Source: Bugula neritina (lineage: Eukaryota; Animalia; Bryozoa). Taken from it: a stretch of 64,000 nucleotides of DNA. Position 1 is the stretch's first letter; each line of letters begins with the position of its first letter. The stretch spans positions 10,476,818 to 10,540,817 of the forward strand of contig OZ037772.1 of the NCBI GenBank assembly GCA_964035545.1, given 5' to 3'. The position numbers and the translations under genes were made by a program. The notes under the pieces are model-generated. The model did no database searches. It was not told the origin of the DNA and was given only the letters and a program-made list of their open reading frames with translations. Shown one piece after another: positions 26,841 to 39,250 of the stretch.

Positions 26841-28247
26841 TGTGTGCCTGTGTGGTGCGTGCCTGTGTGGTGTGTGGCATGTGCGTGTGCAAATTTATAA
26901 AACATGTTTAGAAGTTTAATTGAACAGTTTTTATTGAGTTTTCCTTTTCAATATTAGTTTTCATGCTGCAAGTTGAAATTAACGTAAAACTAAAGAAAAG
27001 TTAAATACAAAGCAGTACTTTGCTTCACAGTTTCTTTTATGGCTTACATTTTTAAATCTTTGTACTTATTCTGTAAAAAGGACACACTTGTTTTGTTAGG
27101 TCCACCAATGAAGTTGCAGGTCCAAGGAAAGTTAGAGTTACGGAGGCAATTGCCAATTTGAAACGATTTTCCCGCAAGAAGACATATGTAGAACCAGAAA
27201 ATGATGACTCTGAAGACGATACTGCGGCTGACTTCAACAACAATTCTCCCAGTGACAGCGACACAGAGGAAGATGATGCCGAGACGTATTTAGACGCAGA
27301 CGACTTCCTGTACTCAGGCAGCAAGTCATCCCTCAGGTATGGCGTTGACAGCAACCCTTTACCTCCGCCGGTGGAACCCCAACAGTTGGAGGAATCAAAA
27401 ATCCTGAAGTTAAATCGACAAGTGAGAAGACATGGTTACTTTGAGTGTCGAAAATGCAAACATAATTGGGAATGCTCTTACGTTTACTGCAACTTTGATA
27501 GCATGAAAAATGACAAGCCCATTTATAAGGTGAGAGTATTTTAATTATCTATTTCAAATCTTCTTATGCATAGAGTCAAATGCATTTTGTCATTTATACG
27601 TAAAGAAATAGCTTTCACTGAAACTCATTGTAGTGCAGACTATTACTGCCTAATTGATCTTTAAGGAAAGCTATATTATTAGTATTGTTTTGATTTCAAT
27701 AAAGTTTTTCTTTGGTAGCAATATACTTGTATATCAAACTATTAAAACTATTAATGCTATTGCATGCTTTTTATTGCATGCAAAACTGGTTTTCTTATAA
27801 TATATGTTTGCATTTGATAGCTTTACATTCATTTATAGTGACTGAGTAAACTTTCAATAGATTGATAAACAATCACTATTAAAGAAGTATATATCTTAGG
27901 TGCCATGCAAAGATCTCCACCATAACTAGGTTTACAATGTTATAGTCTGTGGTGCACAGCTAGCTGAATTATCAGTGCTATAGTCTGTCTCAAATAGTTC
28001 AATCATGTTCCAGTTTTACAAGAACTTGTTAACTGACACTCATTTTCTTTTTTTCTCTGAGCACCAGAACATGTTCCTATATAATAATGATTGTTGTCTC
28101 TTTTTATTTTTCAATTTGTTGTTTTTTTAGCCAATTCGAGGCATGACATGTGATAAATGTGAGACCAGAAACTATCCAAGGTGGCTCAGACCGGTGGGTA
28201 GTGAACACAAAGTGGAAAGTCATGAGATCCAAAGACCAGCAAAGTAA
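26611..28247 (+). CDS. ZAR1/RTP/ZCCHC24-like (zf-3CxxC) zinc-binding protein, copy 1, ~208 aa
   Basis: Exons 26611-26690, 27100-27529, 28131-28247. Acidic N-half, then HGYFECRKCKHNWECSYVYC...MTCDKCETRNYP, resembling ZAR1 YGYFHCKDC..RWESAYVWC...CxxC...NP. Confidence 0.85.
26787..26890. repeat. (GT)n microsatellite in intron 1 of copy 1
   Basis: Long TG run followed by a degenerate tail. Confidence 0.95.
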
Positions 28248-30057
28248 CTTTAAAGTAGCCTATTTGCAGTGCCAGACAAAACTTATATTCTACTTCCTAT
28301 GGAAGTTAAAAAAATATTTCTGATCTATATTCGACAACTCTTTGAATGGCACTAAACAGGCTAGATTTTTCACAGAGGAGCTTCCTGATCGTCAATTCAG
28401 CCACTTCATCATTTGCTCATTTCTTATTATTATTATTAATATAGTGCTAATAATCTAATTATAATATTATATATATAAAATATTTTTTGGTTAACAAAGA
28501 TAGTGTAAATGTAGCATGCATGTGTGTGTCAAATCTTTTTGCTCAAATTTAGGTTTTATTTAGATCACAAAACAACTGAATGTTGCTTGAGTTTTTGAGG
28601 TTGATTGCGTTATGTAGTATTTTTCTATATATACATTGTATATGCAAATATATCTTATATATAATTATCTGTTATTCATAAATAAATACAACTATAAAAT
28701 AAAACATGCCATTAATCAAAACATTTTCTATAGGTGCACAAAGAAATAAGTATAAAGTAGAAATTTGTACATTCTAAATTTTTCTCTGCAATAAAGTATA
28801 TAATCCTTCTGTATAGTCTACAACTAGTGCAATATCTATTTGCTATATGAATACACTTTCCTATTACAAATGTTTGTGTCAGCAAATGCCGTGTACTTCA
28901 TAATTGCACACGTGCAATATGTACAAGTACTTCCTGATTGTACACAATAACATGGAACTCAAGCTAAGCAGTTACACACAGCTTCATATTTAGATAGAAG
29001 GGGACTATAATATTGAATGTAGTGAAAATCAGTCACTTATGCTACTACTTTGGAGTTATGTTCTTTACATACTTATAGATGCCACATTACATCATTTTGT
29101 AACCTGATTCTTTTTACCCATAATCCCTCTCTTTTGTTCCTGTGTCTCCATTAAGATACATTGCTGAACTATATTGCTAAACCGAATAATCTATTTACAT
29201 TCAAGTAAATCAACATATAACATTGCCACAGTGTCAACTAGACCCTGGCTCCACCTGTTTGCCCGATAATGGAAACTGTTGTATTTAATAAATGTGTCTA
29301 AAATGCTTTTATTAGCTAAACCTAATAGTATAGGATGATAAAATACCTTAAGATGGAATTTCCATCACAACAAAATTACCCCATAATGATATAATATAAT
29401 AACATCATAGGAAAACATTCTACATTCATTGCAGAAACCCAGGTCAGCAATATCAAGATGATTCGCTTGACTATTAGTATACACTAGTAGACAACTTACA
29501 AGTTTGCTGGCTTTTAATATTGTCAAAAGAGGATAACTCCAAAAATATAGCATATAACTATCATTTAATATCATTCAAGTATATAATTATTATTCAACTT
29601 CACCTTACAGTTTATATTACACTGCATATATGCTCAATTAAAAGCTACACATTTATATTTTCAATTGCAATAATTATGTATTTATGTTAGACTTCCTGGT
29701 TTATACTTGAAAATTCCAGGCGTATAATATGCACTCTAAAACAGTTGTTATATATAATTTGCATTTAACTTTTCAGAACGGTTCAGTCGATTGAAGCATT
29801 GTATTGATTGACACTTCGAGCTGTATTTGATGCAATGTATTATATATTGGAAAAATTATTTTTAAAATCTGTATATAAAATGAGATATCTGAAAACTGCC
29901 ATATGAAGCTAGTTTCATGTTGAGGCAGCACATAGCTGACCTAAATATCTGCGCTGCTATATACACCTTTTACAAGTACCGCGATGGTGTATTCGAAAGC
30001 AATTTAACATTACTGGCCTATCAATCAAGAGCTTTTGTAGTGATGAGTTTACGTAGT

Positions 30058-30133
30058 GGTCTCCGTGGTGTAATGGTGGCACACTTGCTTGAAAGCCAGA
30101 GTTTGATACCTAGTGGGGGGGGGGGGGCAATTA
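30058..30133 (+). mobile_element. Degenerate tRNA-like SINE head fragment
   Basis: GGTCTCCGTGGTGTAATGG...CTTGCTTGAAAGCCAGAG...AGTGGGGG..GCAATTA, similar to the reverse complement of 51481-51557; not seen at the equivalent position of duplication copy 1. Confidence 0.55.
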
Positions 30134-30450
30134 TTTTTCAGCTTTGAACTTTGTTTTGTTGAGCAACTCATAATATCGCTGCATGATAAACCAGAGTAAA
30201 CAATCTCGCTATTAGTATTACACAATAAGAAACCTATAGACAGATACTTCTATGGATGTTATTGATAAGAAATTATGTAATACACTGCGGTCCAATTGCT
30301 TGGCACTATAGAAATAGATTTTTCTTTCAGTGTCTGGAAACAATTGCATCAAATGAAGTCACAACCACAAGCTAATCCATACAAGCATCAGTATGGATCT
30401 GAAATTCGAATCAATGGAACATAGCAGTGATATTCTTCTATGCTATCTAT

Positions 30451-30476
30451 GGAAAAAATCCCAAGTGGGAATTTCC
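30451..30476 (+). promoter_or_regulatory. NF-kB/Rel-type site(s) upstream of 3CxxC gene copy 2
   Basis: GGAAAAAATCCCAAGTGGGAATTTCC, with GGGAATTTCC at 30467-30476. Confidence 0.55.
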
Positions 30477-30754
30477 AACATAACAAAGTTACCTCACTGT
30501 GATATAATTCATATTAACATAATATACAAACTTTCTACATTCATTGCAAAAAGCTGCGTCAGCATTCAGTATTGTATAACTTGCACCATGTTATCTCTTA
30601 CATCAGGTCTGATACATGGTAGCAACATGTAATTAGTCTAACAGCTTTAGCTGTGGGCAAACATTGAATTAATTACATACAGCTATAATATCTGTTAGAA
30701 ACCTTCATCTTCTAGGCTCAAACTATCAACAAAAAAGGTGTCAATGCAATCCGC

Positions 30755-30937
30755 ATGGCAGGATATGAGTCAGACGAATTTATATCCTATGACTTTGATG
30801 ACTCATATGTCTACAGGAAACCAACTGGTGACAGGTTTGTTGTCTATAATGGATTTTGTTTACCTTGCCTATAACTGCAGTTAATATTTTTTATATTATA
30901 CCTCAGCTTATTCTAGCATGTCCTGACATATATTCGT

Positions 30938-30980
<43 letters not shown>

Positions 30981-32544
30981 GTGTGTGGGTGTGGTGTGTG
31001 TGGTGTGTGGGTGTGGTGTGTGGTGTGTGTATGGTGTGGTGTGTGTGAGCGCACTTGGCTGGTTTCATGGCAAAGCTCAATATGGACTAAATTATGAGTT
31101 CCTATAATAAAGTTCCTCAATAAAGTTTTACAACTTTTCAATTTAATTTTCAAAAAGTTTTCAATGAGTTGTATCTTTCAATATTAGTTTCCAAGTTGAA
31201 CTTTGTGAAACTAAAGCAAAGTTACATACAAAGCAATACTTTGCTATATATTTTGTTCTAGTTTAAGTTGTGTTTTCAATTCTGTATACCTATTCAAATA
31301 GATTGAAAACCACACAAATGTTTTGTTTAGGTCCACCAATGAAGATGAAGGCCCAAAGAAAGTTAGAGTTACAGAGGCAATAGCCAATTTGAAACAATTC
31401 TCTCGTAAGAAGACATACATAGAACCAGATAATGATGACTCTGAAGACGGCAACGAGACTGACTTCAACAACAATTCTCTCAGTGAAAGCGACACAGACG
31501 GAGAAGATTCCGAGACATATGTTGACGCAGAAGACTTTCTGTATTCAGGCAGCAAGTCCTCGCTCAGGTATGGCGTTGACAGCAATCCTTTACCTCCACC
31601 AGTAGAGCCTCACTCGTTGAAGCTGACAGGCAACAAGTCATCCCTCAGGTATGGCGTTGACAACAACCCTTTACCTCCGCCGGTAAAGCCCCGCCAGTTG
31701 GAGGAATCAAAGATACTGAGGATGAATCGACAAGTGAGAAGACATGGTTACTTTGAGTGTAAAAAATGCAAACATAATTGGGAATGCTCTTATGTCTTCT
31801 GCAATTTTGATGGCATGAAAAATGACAAGCCCATTTATAAGGTGAGAGTATTTTATAAATATCTATTTCAAATCTTATATGTCCAGTAGACTGTATAATA
31901 TTTTCATTTACGTAAAGAAATAGCTTTCACTAAAACTCACTGTAGTGCAGACTATTACTGCCTAATTGATCTAGAAAGGCTTTTATTAGTATTGTTTTGA
32001 TTTCAATAGAGTCTTTCTTTGGTATATCAAGCTGTTGAGACTATCATTTCTATTGCACACTTGTTATATTTAAAACCGGCTTTCTTATAAAATATGTTTG
32101 CATTTGATAGCTTTACATTCATTTATAGTGACTGAGTAAACTTTCAATAGATTGATAAACAATCACTATTAAAGAAGTATAATTTTTAGGTGCCATATGC
32201 AAAGATCTCCACCATAACTAGGTTTACAATATTATATAGTCTGTGATGCACAGCTAGCTAAATCATCAGCGCTATTATAGTCTGTCTCAAATAGTTCAAT
32301 CATGTTTCAGTTTTACAAGAACTTGTTAACTGACACTCATTTTCTTTTTTTCTCTGAGCACCAGAACATGTTCCTATATAATAAGGATTGCTGTCTCTTT
32401 TTATTTTTTAATTTGTTGTTTTTTTAGCCAATTCGGGGAATGACGTGTAACAAATGCGAGACCAGAAACTATCCAAGGTGGCTCAGACCTGTTGGTAGAG
32501 AACGCAAAGTGAAAAGTCATCAAATTCAAAGACCAGCAAAATAA
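30755..32544 (+). CDS. ZAR1/RTP/ZCCHC24-like (zf-3CxxC) zinc-binding protein, copy 2, ~235 aa
   Basis: Exons 30755-30834, 31331-31841, 32428-32544; same structure as copy 1 plus an 81-bp in-frame duplication. Confidence 0.85.
30940..31047. repeat. (GT)n / GTGTG microsatellite in intron 1 of copy 2
   Basis: Equivalent position to 26787-26890. Confidence 0.95.
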
Positions 32545-34489
32545 CTTTAAAGTATCTGCAGTGTCGGATAAAAAAAATATTCTGTTTATTATGAAAGTTA
32601 AAAAAGTAATTCTGGTCTACGGTATCTCTTTGACTGGCACTATATATACTGGCTAGATTTTTCATTTAGGAGTTTTTTGATCACCAATTCAGCTATACTT
32701 CATCATTTACCTATCTTTTTTGTTATTATTATGGTACTAATAATTCAATTATAATATTTTATATAACAGTTGTTGGTTATTTAACAAAGATAGTGTAAAT
32801 GTAGCAGTGTCTCAAACCATTGATCTTGCCTGAGTTTTTGGTATTGAATAGAGGTTGAGGTTGATTGCATTGCTCGCACATAACTTAAATGCATTATTAT
32901 ACGCTTTTTCTATATACATGCAAATATCTTACATATTAAATGTTGTTCACAATATGCAAATATAAAATGAAAACATGGTTAGCCAAAAATCTCTTATATA
33001 GGTGCACAATGAGATAAGTATAATGTAATTATATCTGTTAGAAATTCGTATATCTTAACTTTTTCTCTGCAGTATAAAGTACATAATATAATCTGTATAA
33101 CCTACAGTGTTGCTATATCTAATGACCATACAAATGTGTAATGTGCATGCAGTTATATGTAACCCGTTTTATAAAGGGCCATGCACATTACAGAATGCAT
33201 GCTTTCCTATTACAAATGCTTATGTCAGCAAATAACATGTGCTTCATAAATGCATGTGTAACATATGTAAGTAATTCCTATAATTGTGCAATAGCATGAA
33301 ACTGAAAATAAGCTGCTACAACTTCAGATATAGAAAGATAGATGTAACATTGCCATATACTAGGGTGAAGTAGACCATGACTTAATCTGTTTGCCTGATA
33401 ATTCGGAGATTATTATTTGATAAAATGTCGTACTAATGTTTTCATTAGCTAAATCTCATAGCAGGATGCCCTAATGATATAAAATGCCCGAAGTGGGAAT
33501 TTCCATCCCAACAAAATTACCTCACCACCATGGATATAATATGACATCAACATTATATTATAGGAACACACATTCTACATTTATTACACAAATCTAGGTC
33601 AGCAATATCAAAATGATTTGCTAACACTATAAGACTTCCACTATTAATATACGGTAGTAGACAACTTACAAGTTTTCTGGCTTTCAATATTGTCAAAAGA
33701 GGATTACTCCAAAAATATAGCATAGAAATATCATTAAATATCACCCAAGTCTATAATTATTATTCAACTTCACCTTACAGTTTATATTACACTGTATATA
33801 TGTTTAATTAAAAATTAGGCAGTTACATTTCCAATTGCAATAATTATATATTTACATTATGGACTTCATGTTTTATAGTTGAAAATCCCAGACATATAAT
33901 ATAGTTTGCACTCTAAAAAAGCAGTTGCTGTGCAAGTTGTGTTTAATTCCCCCCCCCTCCAATGGTGATTTTTATGAATACAGCAACTAAAGTTCTTGCA
34001 TGTCATATGATTTATTTAGCAGTATAATAATGTAAACCAAGACTTCTACTCTCTTATGTTATGCATTAGTAGCTAGCTATTATAGATATAAAATGCTAAA
34101 TTGATTCACGTTTAAAGTTTTAATCCTTGCACAATATTATAACTAAGTGTTGAAAAAAGCTTCACCATAGTGTACTTATGATAATTTAAGTCTATTCTTA
34201 TATTATATTGCATAATAAATTTTGCATTCAGTCTCGAGTGCAGTTATGGCTATGCAGTATTGCATAAACTGAAAATTATTCAAATTTATATTGTTATAAT
34301 TTTATACTTGTGGGTTGGCGTGCAATCAAGTGACTTTATTCAGTATGCTAGACAGACTTCGCCAGTGTGATTCGAGTGAATACTAATATATTTTATACAC
34401 AATGATACATCACAAAAACTACAGTTATACAAATACATTCAGCTAATTGATACGGTCTATACAGTTCACCAGTCTAAACCTAACTAACT

Positions 34490-35105
34490 GCAACGCGGGA
34501 AGCTATAACTACTAAAAACTGTCAGTTATTCCGATTGGTTGTCTGCTGTCCCGGGTCATCCCAATGACCCCGTGCTGCACTCATGGGGGAAATAACATTT
34601 CCCGTTATTACGCTGATAGCTCTACGAGCCACCACACCACGGGCCTAGCTATGCAAGTTGTAACTTGCGAGTGCTCTGAGCCTGAATAACAGTAGCAACT
34701 TTCAGTCCTGGCGTATGGTGTTTTATCAGCACGGATAGCAGCTACATATATAAAGGCCACCTGTTAAAGTAAATATAGCTAAACGTGTAATAGATTTTCA
34801 GCATTTTTCTAGAATAGGCTGTGCCAAGTTACTGCGTCATTCACTGTGAGCTGGGAAATCCCACTACGCCGATATCTGATAACACGCAGTCAAGTATCTA
34901 CGCCTCAGCGATTTTGGATAACAGCGCACTTAATATTACTTGCATAGTTACCGCCTAAGCGTATAAGTGTTATAGAATATTACTATTGCGCTCGCAGTCA
35001 CGAGGATTGCAATTGGCCTACTCAACATTCAGTTCATTACAGCTCTGAGTCATCGCGATTGTCAGTTGAGTTCCGCTGGGCTACAGTAATCATGTAAATG
35101 TAAGT
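34490..35105 (+). promoter_or_regulatory. Putative promoter and non-coding first exon of zinc-finger gene A
   Basis: Locally CpG-richer; ATTGG 34534, CCAAT 34561, GGGAAATCCC 34853-34862, TGAGTCA ~35046, consensus donor GTAAGT at 35100. Confidence 0.35.
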
Positions 35106-37774
35106 AATTACTGATTCAGTGACCATGGTCATGGTGTAGATTGTAGTTATACGAATAGTTATAATACAAGCAGTGAGTAACTTCCTCCAATTATAGCTAG
35201 CTACCATTCTGTCGCCTATAAACTAATATATTTATATCTGCTTAGAGTTACTGATCGAAAAGTCAAAAACTAAAAGTAAACCTGCTGTATTTTCATTTTG
35301 ATTTACTTTCAGTATTGTGATTTCAGGTTCAGATTGCTAGTCTAAATCTAGTAGTACTAGGTGTAGGTCTACCACTGGTACTACTTGAACTACTAGCTAG
35401 TTTTCGGGATTAGTCAATAATTATAATTTAAACTAAAACTATATAAGTATAACTCCGGTAGATTTGAGACTTTTAGTTTTACTTTTAGACTGCTTAGTGA
35501 TGACTCTTATTCTTAATATTATTTAGTTGATCACCTAACTATGATGTTATTAGTTTTTCAATATTTATTTATTATTCTTACAGTTACGATTAATTTTAAT
35601 CAATAATTGTTGTTTTTAACTATCCTAATCCTAATGATAATGAATATAAAAGCACAATCACAATGACAATGGCAAAATATAACACTTCGCCCTGGTATAT
35701 GTGTCAGCTTGTTGTAGTATACTGCTGAGAGAATGCCTGTGCTGCTTTTAGCTAGACTCTTAGAATGACTTACTGATCCAGCAAATGGATGACATTTATT
35801 GGTTATACTTGCGAAAATTAGGCTACTCAGCTGATATTAAATTAAAAAGAAGTTTAATAATTGAATAATAATAACTAAATTGCTTACTACTAACAAGTAA
35901 CAGCTGTAATTACTAGATGTATTTATTGAAGCTACCTAGCTATTATTGTAGTAATCAAACTAAATTGATTGCTCATACTAGCTGTAATTACTAGATTTAT
36001 AATTTGTAAACAAAAACAATAATAGTAACAGCTTTAATTAAAAGAGCAGCTGCGGCTTGGTGACTAAAATGCTAGCTACTTGCTTTAACTCAAGTTCTAG
36101 CAGGGCTGGTTTATGACGAGAAGGCCATCATGTAGTTGATTAATGAACATGTAATATTTTGGCAACCCTAAATGCTAAAAGATGCCATCTTAAAAGGTTT
36201 TAAATCAGGAATTTCTCAGACAATAGCAAAAATATAAGTAAATTGTTCTAGTTAATGAAGTTTTATATTTAAGAAATATTAGTTAGCATATGAAGATATC
36301 GCAGAAGGTCTACCAACATGATCTTGATTTCAAAGCCGATATATTGCAAATAATATGCATCAGTTCCATCATTTACCTCAACCTTAAATTATCTTTGGAA
36401 GTTATGAAAATATTTTATATAACTTATGTTATGTGTTAGCATTTCAAGTAGATAATCATTCTGAATAAAGGTATAATGTATGAATTATTCCCAGTCTTGC
36501 AAGTGTTTTGTCAAGTTCATTGAGAAGTTTAGTTGTTTGAACATATCCACTATATACACAATGTTTAGAAGCTTCATGTGAATTAGGTGCTTTATACTAA
36601 GAGGAAGTCTGAGTTTGAGCATAGGCGCAGTTATTAAGACTTCTAAATCAACACCAAGTCAAACATTACACTTCCTTCTTCCATATTGATGAATTTCGTG
36701 ATACCACTATACAAGTAACAGCGTGCAATAAAAAGTGAACTAGATTTTATGCGGTGTAATTATTATTGACTATTGAACGTGATTAGCCATCATGTATGAA
36801 TAAGCCAACACTTTGTTACTAAACATAAACTAAATAAAGTGTACATAAGAAATACACCAGGAAAAGAAGCCAAAACGAAACTGCATGTACAAAAGATATA
36901 TTGTAGGGTTTGTAAAGAATAAAAATGTTAATGTAAGCTATGCTTAAGCATTGGATAAAGAACTGATTTTTTTCATTAGCAGTAGCAGTGACCATAAGAT
37001 TATTATTTATAGCATGAGTGTTGAGAAATACGTAGAACTACTGACTGAAAACATGAGGGTGCAACAGTTGAGTAACTTAAAGCTTAATATCAGATTCCTA
37101 TTATTTTTTTAGTAACTTTCTTTACCCAAAACCGAAAACGAAATCTAGCTCAAAAATATATGTGCATCGTTAGGTGGGTAATACCCTGAAATTCTAATAG
37201 TTATGATACAACAAATACCAAATATATTGCTACCTGTTGTGTCTCTCTACAGACCTTTTAAAGCAGTGAATAAGTCAAAGTTACCAACCCTAAAAGAATT
37301 ATCTCTGCGTTTTTATGAATTAATCTTTTACACCTAATAATGCTTATAATGTAAGTCTAGTCAAGCTCAAAAGGAAACTTTTCCTGAAGCTTTTGAGATA
37401 AAAGTTTACTTCCTTGTAAAAAACTAATTTTGTACAAAGGGGACGAAACTCTTGTATATCTACATGTGTGCTACGGTTTAGAGATATCTTTTGTCTTATG
37501 TGTTGAAGCTTTTCCTCTTATGATGTACAGAGTATATTGTTTTGATGTAGAATGATTTTTCTTTACGTAGGTAGCCTTGACGTTACGAAGTCAGATCCAC
37601 TTTGGTTCAGAACTAAAATTTAATTCTGTGAAAGAACACATGGCTTATGGTACCATGCAGTGCCACGGATGAAAGGTATATATGATTGTTGTGAGAACTC
37701 TGGAGAGACCAAATTTTTTAGTTTTAACATCTGAGGTTGTTCTGTTTAATGTAGATATCAGTGTTACTATAGAG

Positions 37775-38843
37775 CAGTGGTTCCCAACCTTTTTCAAACT
37801 ATTCTCCCCCCTTTCATAAATGCTGACTAATAATTTCCCCCTACCTCAAAGCGAAAAATCTTTATGACTGACAGTGATAATATATGATACAATGCGATAG
37901 ATTTTGTTCTGTTAAATTTGAATATAATATAATTATCATAATAGTTATATTAGCGTTATTATTATGTTATAAACCACAGAGCAGTTAAATTATTAATGTT
38001 ATGGCTGCAGTTAATACTTTTGCGCCAGCTTGCTTAAGCCTGGCTCTGTTTTTACCAGGTCCGTTTTAAGTCACTCTGCAGGTTAAGGCAGTTTCTCTTC
38101 TCTTCAAATTGATGAGAATCCTATCTCAGATGGATAGGTGGTGTTGGATGGCACCAAAACTCTGCTTTGTCAGCTATGTGTGGAGAGTTTGTTTGTTGAA
38201 ATCCAGAATTATTTTAGGTAAAAATGGCCCAAGTAACAATGGTACAAATGGAAAATTAGGTAAAATTGACATATTTTCAATATTAGAATTGAAGATTTGG
38301 GGTGGGAGTTAGGTGCTCAATATGTGGGGTTTGGAGGTTTGGGAAATTTTAATACCAGTGTGCGATTTTTACTTAAAATTGGAGCAGGTTCTTCTATATT
38401 ACTTCATTGAGTGTGGGGAAAGGCACTATTTTTTGGTAAGAGATGCCACCACTTTAGTGCATTGTTAAAATATTGATGCTGCTATGAAAAGCAATTTTTA
38501 GTTTCAGATTATTTAGTGTAGCAAATATGTTCTTTAGAAATGTAGTATACAGTTCATAGAGATTGACTTGCCTGGCTGCTAACAGTTGGCCTGTTGGTTT
38601 TTTGCAATTTTTTTTACCTTCAATGGAAGTAACACAGAGAGCAGTTAGGGTAGAGTAATTAATTAACACATTTATATATAAGTAAACTGAGATAGCAGAA
38701 TGTCGTTTGGTTAAATAACTGAACTAAGATGAAGGTTTATAGATATGTATATACATGTAACTTGCAAAAGCTCAAATTACCTCCCGCTCCCAAAGTCCAA
38801 ATTCCCTCCTAGGAGGGAAATCTCCCCAGGTTGGAAACCACGG
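37775..38843. mobile_element. Non-autonomous hAT (Charlie-like) DNA transposon / MITE
   Basis: TIRs CAGTGGTTCCCAACCT ... AGGTTGGAAACCACGG; perfect 8-bp TSD CTATAGAG (37767-37774 and 38844-38851); no transposase ORF. Confidence 0.9.
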
Positions 38844-39250
38844 CTATAGAGGTAGTTGGTAATAACACTGTATACCAAATATATGTATGTCCCTTAGAGC
38901 AATAATTAAATAAGTCAGAGTTACCAACATTTAGAAGAATTCTCTCATCTTCTTTCTGAATTCATCTTTTACACCTGATGTGATTTATATGCTATATGGT
39001 TCTATAAAATGTTGCAAAAGTTATTGCGTTAATGCCTCTTGACCGTACAATAAGTTTTTAAATCTTATATGGAAAATTTGTAGCTCACCAATCTCATTCT
39101 ATCTTGCATTTCCTTCCGTCAGCAGATAGCTTGTAATTTTTTAAATTTATTAAAACCGCAATGCTGTATGTGTAAATTTTAAATTACAGTGTTCACTTTT
39201 GAAAGGAGTCAAATTATATTCTGTTGAAGACAAACTCATTCATTGCTAAA

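Larger units (their letters stand above)
25400..33950 (+). repeat. Tandem segmental duplication, units ~25400-29775 and ~29776-33950
   Basis: Collinear matches across upstream region, exons, introns and 3' flank, e.g. GCATGATAAACCAGAGTAAACAATCTCGCT at 26029 and 30181; TATAATTATTATTCAACTTCACCTTACAGTTTATATTACACTG at ~29582 and ~33752. Boundaries approximate. Confidence 0.92.

Noticed and set aside
27052-31585. Minus-strand Ser-rich ORFs 27052-27354 and 31244-31585
   Set aside because: Antisense shadows of the acidic exon 2 of the 3CxxC-like genes
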